A program made the position numbers and the translations under genes. This document shows, piece by piece, positions 41,228 to 52,274 of a stretch of DNA of 64,000 nucleotides (positions within the stretch are counted from its first letter, which is position 1; the number at the start of each line of letters is the position of its first letter). The stretch comes from Utricularia gibba (lineage: Eukaryota; Plantae; Magnoliophyta). Below the pieces are notes generated by a model. That model was not told the origin of the DNA, did not search any database, and worked only from the letters and a program-made list of their open reading frames with translations. The stretch lies in assembly GCA_002189035.1 (NCBI GenBank), contig CM007990.1:2728001-2792000 (forward strand), read 5' to 3'.

Positions 41228-43025
41228 ATGGACAAGGGTAGCATCAAATGCCCAGCAAACTATGTTCCTCTCACGCCCATCAGCTTCCTGGAAAGATCGG
41301 CACTTGTTTACGGAAACCGAGTTTCTGTTGTTTATCGGGATTTCAAGTTTACTTGGAAACAGACCCGTGATAGGTGCGCAAGCCTCGCTTCCTCTATCCA
41401 GGGACTTGGGATTTCTCGCCGCGATGTCGTGAGTCTCTGTTGTTTTAGCTGCCTTGCTGAATCTATTTTTTCATGGGTTCTGTATTTTTGTGTAATTTTC
41501 GCATTCGGTTATCATTATCAATGGTGGAGAAATTCTGTCAAGGAATTTAGTTCGCCTTTTTGAACAGGTTGCAGCTTTGGCCCCAAACATTCCAGCGATG
41601 TTGGAGCTGCACTTTGCGGTTCCTATGGCGGGGGCAGTCCTGTGTACACTTAACACGCGCCATGATTCGGCGATGATCTCATCGTTGTTGCATCATTCGG
41701 AAGCTAAAATCATGTTCGTTGACTACCAGCTTCTTGATGTTGCAATGGGGGCAATCAAGATTTTGTCTAGTAAAGCTGCCAAGTTGCCTCTCTTAGTTTT
41801 GATACCTGAACATGGAGAGAGTAAGAATGGCAATCCAGCTCCACAAGGGATTTTAGAATACGAGCCCCTTTTGTCATCTGGAAGGGCCGATTTCTGTGTC
41901 GTGAGGCCGAACGATGAGTGTGAACCTATTTCCCTCAACTATACATCAGGTACAACGTCAAGGCCGAAGGGTGTTGTTTACAGTCACAGAGGTGCATACT
42001 TGAATTCTTTAGCGAGTATTCTTCTGAATGAGATGCAATCTCTTCCTGTTTTCCTGTGGACTGTTCCTATGTTCCATTGTAACGGTTGGTGTTTCACTTG
42101 GGCTTTGGCTGCCCAAGGAGGCACAAGTATATGCATGAGGAATGTAACTGCAAAGGAAATATTCAGAAACATAGTTGATCATGGTGTGACTCACATGGGC
42201 TGTGCTCCTACCGTTCTCAACATGATGGTGAATGCATCCAAATCGGAGCAACAGGTGCTTCCGAGAAGGGTTGCAGTAATGACCGGCGGAGCACCTCCTC
42301 CCCCTCAGGTTCTATACAAAATGGAGGAGATGGGATTCACCGTGATGCACTCTTATGGTTTAACAGAAACCTATGGTCCTGGTACTGTGTGCACTTGGAT
42401 GCCCGAGTGGAACTCCCTGCCCCTGGAAGAGCGAGCCAAACTCAAGGCTCGTCAGGGTGTTCAGCATATTGGAATGGAGGAAGTCGATGTCAAGGATCCA
42501 ACTACCATGAAGAGTGTCCCTCCTGATGGGAAGACCATGGGAGAGGTGATGTTCAGAGGAAACACCATAATGACAGGTTACCTGAAAGACGGTGAAGCCA
42601 CAGGGGAAGCCTTCAGTGGAGGGTGGTTTAGAAGTGGGGATTTGGGAGTGAAGCATCAGGATGGTTACATCGCACTCAAAGATCGCTCCAAGGATATAAT
42701 CATATCAGGAGGAGAGAACATAAGCACCATTGAAGTTGAGTCGGTGATATTCAGCCATCCCGCGGTTCTTGAGGCTGCTGTCGTTGGAAGACCAGATGAT
42801 CACTGGGGCGAGACACCTTGCGCCTTTGTGAAACTCAAGGATGGATGCAATGCGAGTGCAGGGGAGATTATCAGATTCTGTCGTGAGCATCTGCCGCGTT
42901 ACATGGCTCCCAAATCTGTAGTTTTCGATGATCTTCCCAAGACTTCCACGGGCAAGACACAGAAGTTCATCCTCAGGGAAAAGGCCAGGGCCATGGGGAG
43001 TCTATCGAAAACAAGCAAACTCTAG
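41228..43025 (+). CDS. AAE1: Peroxisomal acyl-activating enzyme 1-like (AMP-binding), 552 aa, C-terminal PTS1 SKL
   Basis: Exons 41228-41428 and 41568-43025. Motifs: [30 protein letters not shown] (AMP-binding), [33 protein letters not shown]; ends TSKL*. Confidence 0.95.
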
Positions 43026-43949
43026 GCTGTGCGAGAGTCAGAACCGACCTTCCTGGATTTTAAAATGAACTTGTTATCATTGTGGGATTCATTTTTGCTG
43101 GTCTTGCGGACACTTGGATTTGAAGAGTAAAATAAATTCCTATGCAACTTAAACTCCAGTTGTTTCATTCTGGGAGATGGAAGAGCTGTATTTTGTCTAT
43201 CAATAACATACGCTGTTGTCATTGTGTTCAGTAACATATCATGATGAGGATGCTACGGGGACAAGGGACGCTATGAAAGTTAGATGTCCAAAATCTTTGG
43301 AAGATCAGTTGAAATGATTCAATACAACTTTGGTTTTCCATTTTCAGCATTCCTAGAACTTATAATGAATGATTTTTTAATTATGTAATTAATTATTGCA
43401 AGCATAAATCCAAAAAAGACTAAATCAAATTTCTGTTTCACCTGAGATTGTACTTAAAACTCAGCAGATAAATTAATTTAATTAAAAAATGAGTAATGGG
43501 ATAATATGATTCATTCTAAAGAAAAGATTCCATGTTAAATGATGTATGTCGATCATTCTTATGGGTATTAGGATATTTTTCGAGCTTTTAAGGTGAATCC
43601 AAAACATTAAATGGATTAGATGTCATTCGTGGAATGTTGTGGAAGATGAAGGTTCTTTACAACAAACAAAACAAAAAAAAAACCAAGGGATTGTTACACA
43701 TTAGAGAAGACGTTATTGAAAAAAAGGGGAACCAGTGCACATGGAAGTTGCAATAACTCCAAAGTATTCTGAAATTAAGTGATCTAATTATAATTATTTA
43801 TAATAAATAATTTATTACCTTTTCATTGCATATTCAGTTCCTTAAACAAAGTGAAGCTTTAATTAGAGATAAATGCAATCTACTTCAGTGTAGAATAATT
43901 ATTTGAATTACAGATAAATATAATATTGGTGTCAAGAACAATACATTGA

Positions 43950-44710
43950 AGAAAAAAGAGAGGAGAAATTTTTTGGAGGGGGAGAGTATCGAAAAAGGAG
44001 AGACCTTCACCAGCAAAGAACGTAGAGAAGTGTCAACAATGAACTACAAGAGAGAAAAATAGGATTTTTCCAAAAAAGACCTCAAACTTGAAGAATACCA
44101 CCAAAAATTCAATTTAACATTAATGTTCTGAATTGTGAACAATAGTAGATATGAATCAAAACTATTTTTAATTTGTTTTTAATTTTGCTGGATATTTAAT
44201 TCCCATTACCATTTATTTTACAATGTTCATGATAATTTCATCAATTTATTGTAATGTGATCATGCTTTTCATATCATACACGAGTAGTTAAATTTAGGGA
44301 TGCCTTAAGGTGTGAGAAGGTGATGCGATTAGGATTTATGACATAATCTATCATTGTATAACATAGCTTTCATTTTTAGCATTTATCAGGTAGACCTAAA
44401 TGGGAAGGAGGACGAATAGCCGTGCAACTCAGAAGCTTGATTTAGAAGTAAACGAATGAATCAAATCGGGTATAGTAGGTGTTAGTCTTGAATTGAACCA
44501 GTAGAATTAGGTAAATCTAGTTCTACATATTTTACATGTGGATAAACCCTAAGTGCAAAATTTATGATGATATTGGAGATTGATTTAGCCAAAAATATAA
44601 GAAACAATTTGATAAACTTAGGTTGTTTATAACATGCACATGGACAAATTGTAGATTAAATTAGAAACTTGAGCACCATATCACCTGAACCACCTTAAAG
44701 CATCTTTTAA
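43950..44710 (+). mobile_element. Athila-like LTR fragment related to 455-1812
   Basis: gagtagttaaatttagggatgccttaagg and gaaccagtagaattaggtaaatctagttcta match 1080-1110 and 1290-1320. Confidence 0.65.
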
Positions 44711-44729
44711 ACCCTCAACATGTACCTTC

Positions 44730-45175
44730 TCATACGTGCTAGATAAGTCATGGTTAGACTCTTAGTAGTGATGAGCAAAAATGCAAGGTAACATTGTTGA
44801 CATCAAGTATAAGTTTACTTGCAACAGTATCATATTTAAGATCTTGCTATTGATACTTTGTTAGTTTCTCATAGTAATATCTTGATGAAGTGTTATCTAA
44901 TGAATCAATTCTCTAATCGACACCTACATATTGGTTATAGTAATCTCATTACATCAATTGTGCGAACCATTACCTAAAAAATTTAAAAAAGTCAATATAT
45001 GCTAGTTTATTTATAGTTGTGATATCCTTATTTAACAAATACTTTAGTTAGAAAATTTTTAACATAAAAATGAATGATTGAAGAATCTTACATTATGATC
45101 TCATCATAATTTTTATAGTATATAGATCAAGTATATGAGATTATCATTCATATAAATTCGATCACTATTTAAATA
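44730..45175. mobile_element. Fragment of the long copia-like LTR at 23426-24865
   Basis: Colinear similarity to 24335-24785 (ggttagactct, aagtttacttgca, agatcttgcta.tga.actttgttag, gaatcaatt.tctaatcgaca.ctacatattggtt). Confidence 0.75.
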
Positions 45176-45181
45176 AAGTAT

Positions 45182-46383
45182 TGATAACACATAGTTTTGA
45201 GTGTTTCAGGATAAGAAAATGATTAGTATTCTACTACAAAACTTGGATTTTATTGTGTGTTTTTGTGTTTTTGTGATTAGTAGCATTGTTGCGTATTTTA
45301 TTTCTTATTCGAACTAAATCGAGATTTAATCCCAATCTTTGTTCTAACCACTTCCTTTGAGTAATGCAGCACATTTTAATAGCCCAAATCCTAAAGAGTC
45401 AAAAGAGAATAGTGAAGGTTGTAGAAGATGTAGATAGAAGCTGAATGAAAGTATACCAAAATCCAAGGAGATAAAAAAAAGTGGATTTTGGATATAATGA
45501 AAAGTGAGAAAATATCTCCCACACTTTGAACACCATGCCATGGACTTTTGGAGGGAGGGGGGGGGGGGGGGGAGAGGAGAGGGAGAGAATTGGAGAAAAA
45601 ATCACAAGAATTATGAAGAACAAAGAAGACTAAATTAGGATTCAAGCTTTCCTCTGAATTTTTCTTTGTTTATTAAGAACATTATTCCTAGTCGGGAGTA
45701 GTTTTAGTTTTCCTTGTGAACTCTTTACAATTTTTGTTTTTGCTTATGTTTATTTCTTTGTTGCACTGTGACATGAACATTTTTTTGGTTGTTATGTTAT
45801 AAACGTATTTCATTTTACTTAAGCATGAATGGCTAAACACACGTAATGCTTTGACGTTGAAGGGAGTGTGCATGATTATTGCTTAATATATTATATTAGC
45901 TCGATAATCTCACTAATTTCAATCAAGATAGATGCAGGAGGGAGAAGTAGTGATATTCATCATAAACATGCTTAATTAGAGGTAGAACAAATATTAGGGA
46001 AAAAAAGATTTAGGTAGACTTGAATGTTTCATTTGTTAGGAGAATTGTTGGGTTGGGTGGGTTAAATATAGCAATGATCATGCCACTCCTGGAAGATTCA
46101 AGGTATTACATTACCTTATTGTAGTTAGTAGTCGAATTTGCGTGTTACTTCTTTATTGCCTTTTATCGAAGACTTGCATTAGTCTTAGTTTAGACTAAAT
46201 TTCTCATCCGTGACAAAAATAGTATGCATCAACCTTCACACAACAAAAATATAGTTCATTGTGTTCGACCTTGATCCAAAATGCTTATATATTTCATATG
46301 ATTGGATATAAATTAGGTTTACAAATTTTATTTGATAGGAAAATTTATAGTTATAACGATATTGCATAATTTTTCATTTATCA
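45182..46383 (+). mobile_element. Probable solo LTR (Athila-like), 1202 bp
   Basis: tgataac...catttatca termini; flanks agtat / aatat (4/5); 3' end resembles 1760-1812; internal G/A-rich tract at 45550-45590. Confidence 0.65.
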
Positions 46384-47019
46384 AATATTACAAGATAAGA
46401 TTTACCAATAAAATGATTGTCTATAAAACACATACATTATTAGAGAAAGTGGAAGAAAAAACATGACAATAGAAAGAGATTTGAATTTTCAGTAGAGTTG
46501 CTCATCATATAATCCCATATTATGTTCTTTTCAATCCACTCAAATTCATTATATTTTTTTTTTAAGAAATGGGTTTGTGAGTCGAGTATAAGAGGTGGAT
46601 ATTGTTCCTTTCATGAACGGGTTTAAGATTATAAAATCCATACCTGCCCTTTATCTACTAAAAATCCAATCTTCACGGATTGGGTACGGGCGGGTATCCA
46701 ACTGGTTGGATTTTTCACCTATTCCTACTTGAGGCAACCACTTTATTCGCCATGGAATAGAAGGAGGAGCTTGTTAAGAATTCCACACTCAAATGGTAGA
46801 ATTTCATTTTCTAGAGATATTAGAAATGCCTCATTTGATTCATAATTCACAAAAATCAGTATTTCTTAAATCAAAACTGAGCCCTTTAGGCCTCGTTTGT
46901 TAGGTGGGTTTAGTCCTCTAAACCCTTGGGTAAAAAGTGTTGTATGCGTTTGTTGGGGTGGTTTAGTAAAACATAAGGGTTTGTATTATCCCGAATTAAA
47001 CCTGCAGCTGCTGGTTTCA

Positions 47020-47090
47020 CAAAACCCACGTGTGAGGTGGGTTTCGCAAAACCCACGTGTGAGGTGGGTTTCGCAAAACCCACCTCACAC
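47020..47090. repeat. 27-bp tandem repeat (2.6 copies) ending in a hairpin and containing the TIR core aggtgggttt
   Basis: Unit caaaacccacgtgtgaggtgggtttcg; stem gtgtgaggtgggttt / aaacccacctcacac. Confidence 0.9.
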
Positions 47091-47357
47091 AAATACAACT
47101 TGGTCGATAATACCCTTCTACTCCATAAGCAAATTCGCAACAGTAAATCTATGTATTTGTTCATCTTCTTCAACACAAATCTGTTGGGTTTTTGCAGGTA
47201 CATGGTGAGTGAATTCGAATTCTGATATTTCGACGAAAACCCATACTTCAATTTAAGCCAATAGTACTTATTTTTTGTTTCGCATATGATGGAGTCGGTT
47301 TTTTTTTTTTTTCCGAAAATTGCAGTAGGTTGTGCGTTGCTTATTGAGGCTGTTGCA

Positions 47358-48714
47358 ATGGTTTCCAAGAAGATTATTTTGGCTGCCCTTGCTGCGGCAC
47401 ATTGCGTTGGTCAGCATCTATGTATTATGCGAGTTATGATTGTTATAATGTTGCATTTCTGTTGTACACCAACCGATAGGAGAATTCGGTTCTCATACCG
47501 AGAAAAGATACCACGACAAATAGAGCATTTGACTGCCTTGTTATCTGATTCAAGGAGTGCTTGTCTTGAAAACTTACGATTAAGTGCAGATGTTTTCAAC
47601 AAGTTATGTTATGTTCTTCGAAGTAATGGTAGACTAACCACTTCAAGGTATGTCGATATTCCAGAGCAAGTTGCATTGTTTTTGGGTATTTTGGGTCATC
47701 ACAGGAAAACAAGGCAACAGAAATTTGAATTCATGCGAAGCAGCTGGACAGTGTCCAAATATTTCAATGTGGTATTGTCGGCGGTGCTGTCATTGCACCA
47801 AAATTTACTTAAGACACCTATGCCAATTGATGTTTCTGATCCCAATTCTAGCTTCAGATTTTTTGAGGTATGCAAGAAGATTTTTCTTCGTAGTTGTGGA
47901 TGTGCAACGTGTATTCTGCATGCTGTAACTTTCTGCTCTATTTTTCAAAATTGCTTGGGTGCATTGGATGGTTCATATTTTCAGGTGAAAGTCAAGAATC
48001 AAGATAAACCAAAGTGGAGGAATCGTAAAGGAATCGTGTCCACTAATGTGCTAGGAGTGTGTGATGATAAGCTCATGTTCATCTATTTGTTGTCCGGTTG
48101 GGAGGGATCCGCTGTTGATAGCAGGGTGCTGCGAGATGCAGTTTGTCGACAAAGAGCATTCACTGTACGCAAAGGTAGGTGCTTACAATGTGTAGAAGTC
48201 CATAGTTATGATTACCTTTCATGTATTCCATTTTTTTGTAGGGCATTATTACTTGTGTGATAATGGCTACACAAACGCAGAGGGATTTCTAGCACCCTAC
48301 AGGGGTGTTCGGTACCATCTGAAAGAGTGGGGTGCCGGGTCCATTGCTCCACAGAATGCGAAGGAATATTTCAACATGCGGCATGCTTCTACAAGGAATG
48401 TTATTGAGAGGGTATGGGGTCTAATGAAGATGAGGTGGAGTATTTTACGAAGTTATAGTTTTTATCCTATTAAAACACAAACTCGTATCATACTTGCATG
48501 TGCCCTGCTTCACAATTTTATTCGGCGAGAAATGCCAACTGATCCATGGGAAGAGGTCATTCCGGAAGAGTACCGCAATTCGGATTCACAGGAATATGAG
48601 GATGATGAACATATTTCCTCCATAGGAAACTCAGAGGAGTGGACACAGTGGCGGGATTCAATGGCTGAGATAATGTTTGCGCAATGGAGAGAGACCACAC
48701 GAAGAAGGGTATAA
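47358..48714 (+). CDS. PIF/Harbinger DDE transposase, nearly intact
   Basis: CLENLRLSADVFNKLCYVLR, VDIPEQVALFLGILGH, CLGALDGSYF, WRNRKG..STNVLGVCD, SGWEGSAVDSRVL, YYLCDNGY, FNMRHASTRNVIERVWGLMKMRW, ACALLHNFIR. Introns 47868-47948 (acceptor reads caa) and 48175-48241. Confidence 0.9.
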
Positions 48715-48902
48715 GATGTACTAATGAATCTTGATATTTTATTGGTTTGGCTTAAAGACATTTTATTTCATTTTCCAATAGTTGATAAGCATTGTGTTGT
48801 GTTGTATTCATATTGTGCAAACACATCAGTTATTCCAGACATGATTTGCTTCTTACATTGGGTTATTTCCCACGGTGAACTGCCTTACATTGCAATGGAA
48901 TT

Positions 48903-49325
48903 CCAGTGTACCAGGCACCGCAAAATTTTTGTCTCGGTGTCTACAAGACACCCGTTTTAGGCACTGCAAAACGCCGCTCTCAGTGTCTGAGAAACATGCG
49001 TCCCAGGCACTGCAGAATGCCGCTCTCGGTGTCTGGAAGACACGTTATTTTAATATTTTCATTAGCGTTCGATTCTTAGGTATACTTTGGATCGAGCGTT
49101 GATATAAATTTAAAATAACCAAATATCCACTCGATTCGAATGATACCTAAGGATCGAACGCTAATAAAAATATTAAAATATCGTATCTGCCACACACCGA
49201 GAGCCGCATTCTGCAGTGCCTGGGACGCATGTCTCTCAGACACTGAGAGCAGCGTTTTGCAGTGCCTACAAGGGGTGTCTTGTAGACACTGAGACAAAAC
49301 TTTTGCGATGGCTGATACACCGAGA
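48903..49325. repeat. Long inverted repeat (about 200-bp arms, about 25-bp loop); a third partial arm copy at 49530-49610
   Basis: 48903-49100 pairs with 49125-49325, e.g. ccaggcactgcagaatgc / gcattctgcagtgcctgg and gattcttaggtat / atacctaaggatc. Confidence 0.9.
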
Positions 49326-49830
49326 CCAAAATTTAAGATTATAAATTACAGAATGTTTCCTTTATGGGTTTAAATTAGTTCGAGATTACATAAGATTTTT
49401 TTAATATTATACATATGAATTTATTTAAAATCACCTACTTTTTTACGTTAAATAAGTTTGATTTTAATTTTATTAACTATTTTAATATCTAATTAATTGA
49501 TATATATCATATTTATTTAAATTCAAGTAAAAGGCCGCTCTCAGGGTCTGGGAGACATGCGCTCCAGGCAATGCAGAATGCCGCTCTCGGTGCCTGGAAG
49601 ACACGCTGTAGACACCGTAACCTTTGAAATAGGTGCCTGGAGCAATCACGGTCCGGAATGAATATTAGGCCTCGCGTATTTGGGCCTCATAACAAACCCT
49701 CCGGCCCAGTCCTCACCCTCCTTCACCACGCACCTAATCGCCGCACACTGCAAAGCACGGCACACCGTCCCCACCTTAACCGCATGGTCCCTCCCCCATT
49801 TGCTTTCCTCTGATCTGTCTATCTCAAGAA

Positions 49831-51213
49831 ATGCTTACTTCCAAGAAACTCCAACTTCAGTTCGCCATCCCAGAGACGTACAATCTATGGGACAAGGCAA
49901 GCGATGAGACAATTGACGGTGTGGTTCCACCCAGGGTGGGAGTAACCGGGTTTTCGGTGTCCACCGAACACTTTCGGTGTGGACTTCGCTTGCCACCACC
50001 ACCATTCATATGTGAGTTGTTGGCATGTTTGGAGGTCCCATTGTCCCACCTGACACCCCGCTCAATCGCTCATGTGTTGGCGTTTTTGAGTGTGTGCATG
50101 GAGGAACAAATTACTCCGGCCCTACCAGTTTTTTTTTTACGTAAGTGTGTGCATTCGAAACTGGAAAACTAATCATTTCTCGCTGAAGGGTAAGCCAGGT
50201 ATTGCACTTGTGAATTCTATTCGGAGTGGATATGATGCATGGTGGACAAGCTTAATTTGGGTGTGTCCACTGGAAGACCTCCGAATTCCAACTACTCTCA
50301 GCTCCTTCAAGAAAATTGGAAAGGCAAAGGGTAATGTGTGATGTAGTATGGTTGCATGGCTCCTTGTGTTGGACGTCAACGGAGTGCTAGCAGACATTGT
50401 CTTCAAAGCCAAGTACCAAAGGTTGCATTGGAAACCAGATGCGGTGATATATGGGAGAAATAGTAAGACACCGTAACATTGTCTCATGGCTGTGTCATGT
50501 TCAACCAATCCATTTTTTCTTGGTTTGGCAGTCTTCCTCAAGCCCTTTGCTCGTGAGTTCATCGAATGGTGTCTTGCAAACTTTGATGTCGGTATATGGT
50601 CTTCGAGGGCGCGTAAGTCCCACTCCATGAAATCTGTAGAGCATGTGCTGCTATCTAATGCTCTAACATCTGTCTATGTTCTATAGTGCACAACTACATG
50701 AGATCACCAAGTGGGTGCTTGGGCCAGATGCACACACCTCGCTGGCTTTCATATGAGATGCATCGAAGACCACTTAAATGCATGTACGTGTGCATGATAA
50801 TAGGTCAAAAGCTGTTGTCTTGAAGGAGTTGTCGTGGATTTGGGGGAAGATGAAGGCTTCTTGGGTCGGTATGATGCAACCAACACCTTACTTATTGACG
50901 ACTCCCCGTTCAAGTCCATCAGAAACCCAGTTAAGTCTATCTGCGATCATATAGTCTGGTATGCATGTTTCTTACTGACATTTAGGCCATCCTGCTTATT
51001 GTGCCACAGCATGACAACGCTGTTTTCCCAACGCCATACCAGTACATGGATGTAAGAAATGCTGCATTAGCTGAGTGTGGAGAAATACGCATCTTCCTTC
51101 AAGGTCTACTAGAATCAAATGATGTACTGAGTTTCATAAAGCATGCACGAATTGGACAGCCTCCGTTAGATGCTAATCACCCCATGTGGGATTATTACAA
51201 AGTTCTTGCTTGA
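49831..51213 (+). pseudogene. Chimeric Transposase_28-like + FCP1/NIF-like HAD phosphatase gene, copy 2 (Harbinger cargo)
   Basis: GLRLPPPPFICELLACLEVPLSHLTPRSIAHVLAFLSVC (gypsy-associated PF04195-like), then LLVLDVNGVLADIV, VFLKPFAREFIEWCLANFDVGIWSSR, KAVVLKELSWIW, TNTLLIDDSPFKSIRNP, NAVFPTPY, IGQPPL...WDYYK (plant NIF/HAD family). Introns present. Lesions: T10 frameshift at 50129-50138, stops at 50339, 50754 and 50775, frameshift at about 50842. Confidence 0.88.
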
Positions 51214-51394
51214 ACATTCATGGCATGTAACAGTGGTTTGAATTTCGGAACATTATGATGTTACTCACTCTACTTTAATCATGGTTTTTCAATATACACT
51301 TCATAAATTACAAAAAACTAAACATAAATTCTCAAATATTCTTATATGCATATTCATTTAAAATAATACCTTAATTTAATATTTTTATTACCAT

Positions 51395-51725
51395 TCGATC
51401 CTTAGGTATGATTCAGATCGAACCTTTTTTTTATTTTAATATTGATATTATCATTTGATCCTTAGGTATACTTTGAATCGAGTGGATATTTATTTATTTT
51501 AAATCTTAATTAACGCTCGACCCTTAGGAGCAATTTGGATCGGGTATACCAAACAAGGGAACACGGGCGTGGTTTATTCATAAACCACGCCCGTGTACAT
51601 ACCCAGCAGCACCACAAGGTCACACGGGCGTGGTTTAGGGTTTACACGCCCGTATACCCTTGTTAGGTATACACGATCCAAATAAATATCCACTCGACTC
51701 GAATCACACCTAAAGATCGAACGCG
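51395..51725. repeat. Second foldback cassette: 3 direct gatccttagg...atcgag units, central perfect hairpin, inverted unit
   Basis: Units at about 51397, 51457 and 51517; hairpin acacgggcgtggttta-ttca-taaaccacgcccgtgt (51561-51596); reverse unit at 51680-51725. Confidence 0.85.
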
Positions 51726-51729
51726 ACAC

Positions 51730-52100
51730 ACATGCACTCAGTTGGCGCATCGATGCCAGGCACCGCAAGAGCATATTTGCGGTGCCTGAAAAGATAGGAT
51801 GCATGTCTTCGAAGGGCAATCCAGTGCAGTCAATACTTCACACCTAACACGCGAGAGGTCGGGCTGAGTGCCACACATATGCAGTTTACTAGCGCATTGA
51901 TGCCAGGCACCGAAAGAGCATATTTGTGGTGCCTGAAAAGATAGGATGCATGTCTTCGAAGGGCAATCCAGTGCAATCAATACTTCACACCTAACACGCG
52001 AGAGGTCGGGCTGAGTGCCACACACATGCAGTTTACTAGCGCATTGATGCCAGGCACCACAAGAGCATATTTGTGGTGCCTGAAAAGATAGGATGCATGA
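51730..52100. repeat. 147-bp tandem repeat, about 2.5 copies, each with a caggcacc...ggtgcctg hairpin
   Basis: gatgccaggcacc recurs at 51752, 51899 and 52046 (period 147). Confidence 0.92.
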
Positions 52101-52274
52101 TAGGCACTACAACCTTTATTTGCGGTGCCTAGAAAGGGATGAGTTCTGCTGTTCTGCTTTCTATAGGTTACGGGGGCTTGATAAATATATTTGGTTACAC
52201 AAATTGAAATCAGATATCAGCTACCCATGGCAAACATGTAAAGCGTAATATTGTCACGCAAAGCAAAATGATCG

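Noticed and set aside
41471-42890. Several minus-strand ORFs opposite AAE1 (similar ones lie opposite the BTB gene)
   Set aside because: These are shadow ORFs of GC-richer coding sequence with no independent coding signal.
51738-52025. 95-aa ORF with an internal repeat
   Set aside because: It is simply a translation of the 147-bp (49-codon) tandem repeat.
52105-52113. cactacaac as a CACTA transposon terminus
   Set aside because: It is a variant of the local aggcaccgcaa repeat, points away from the repeat arrays, and has no matching tagtg end or 3-bp TSD.
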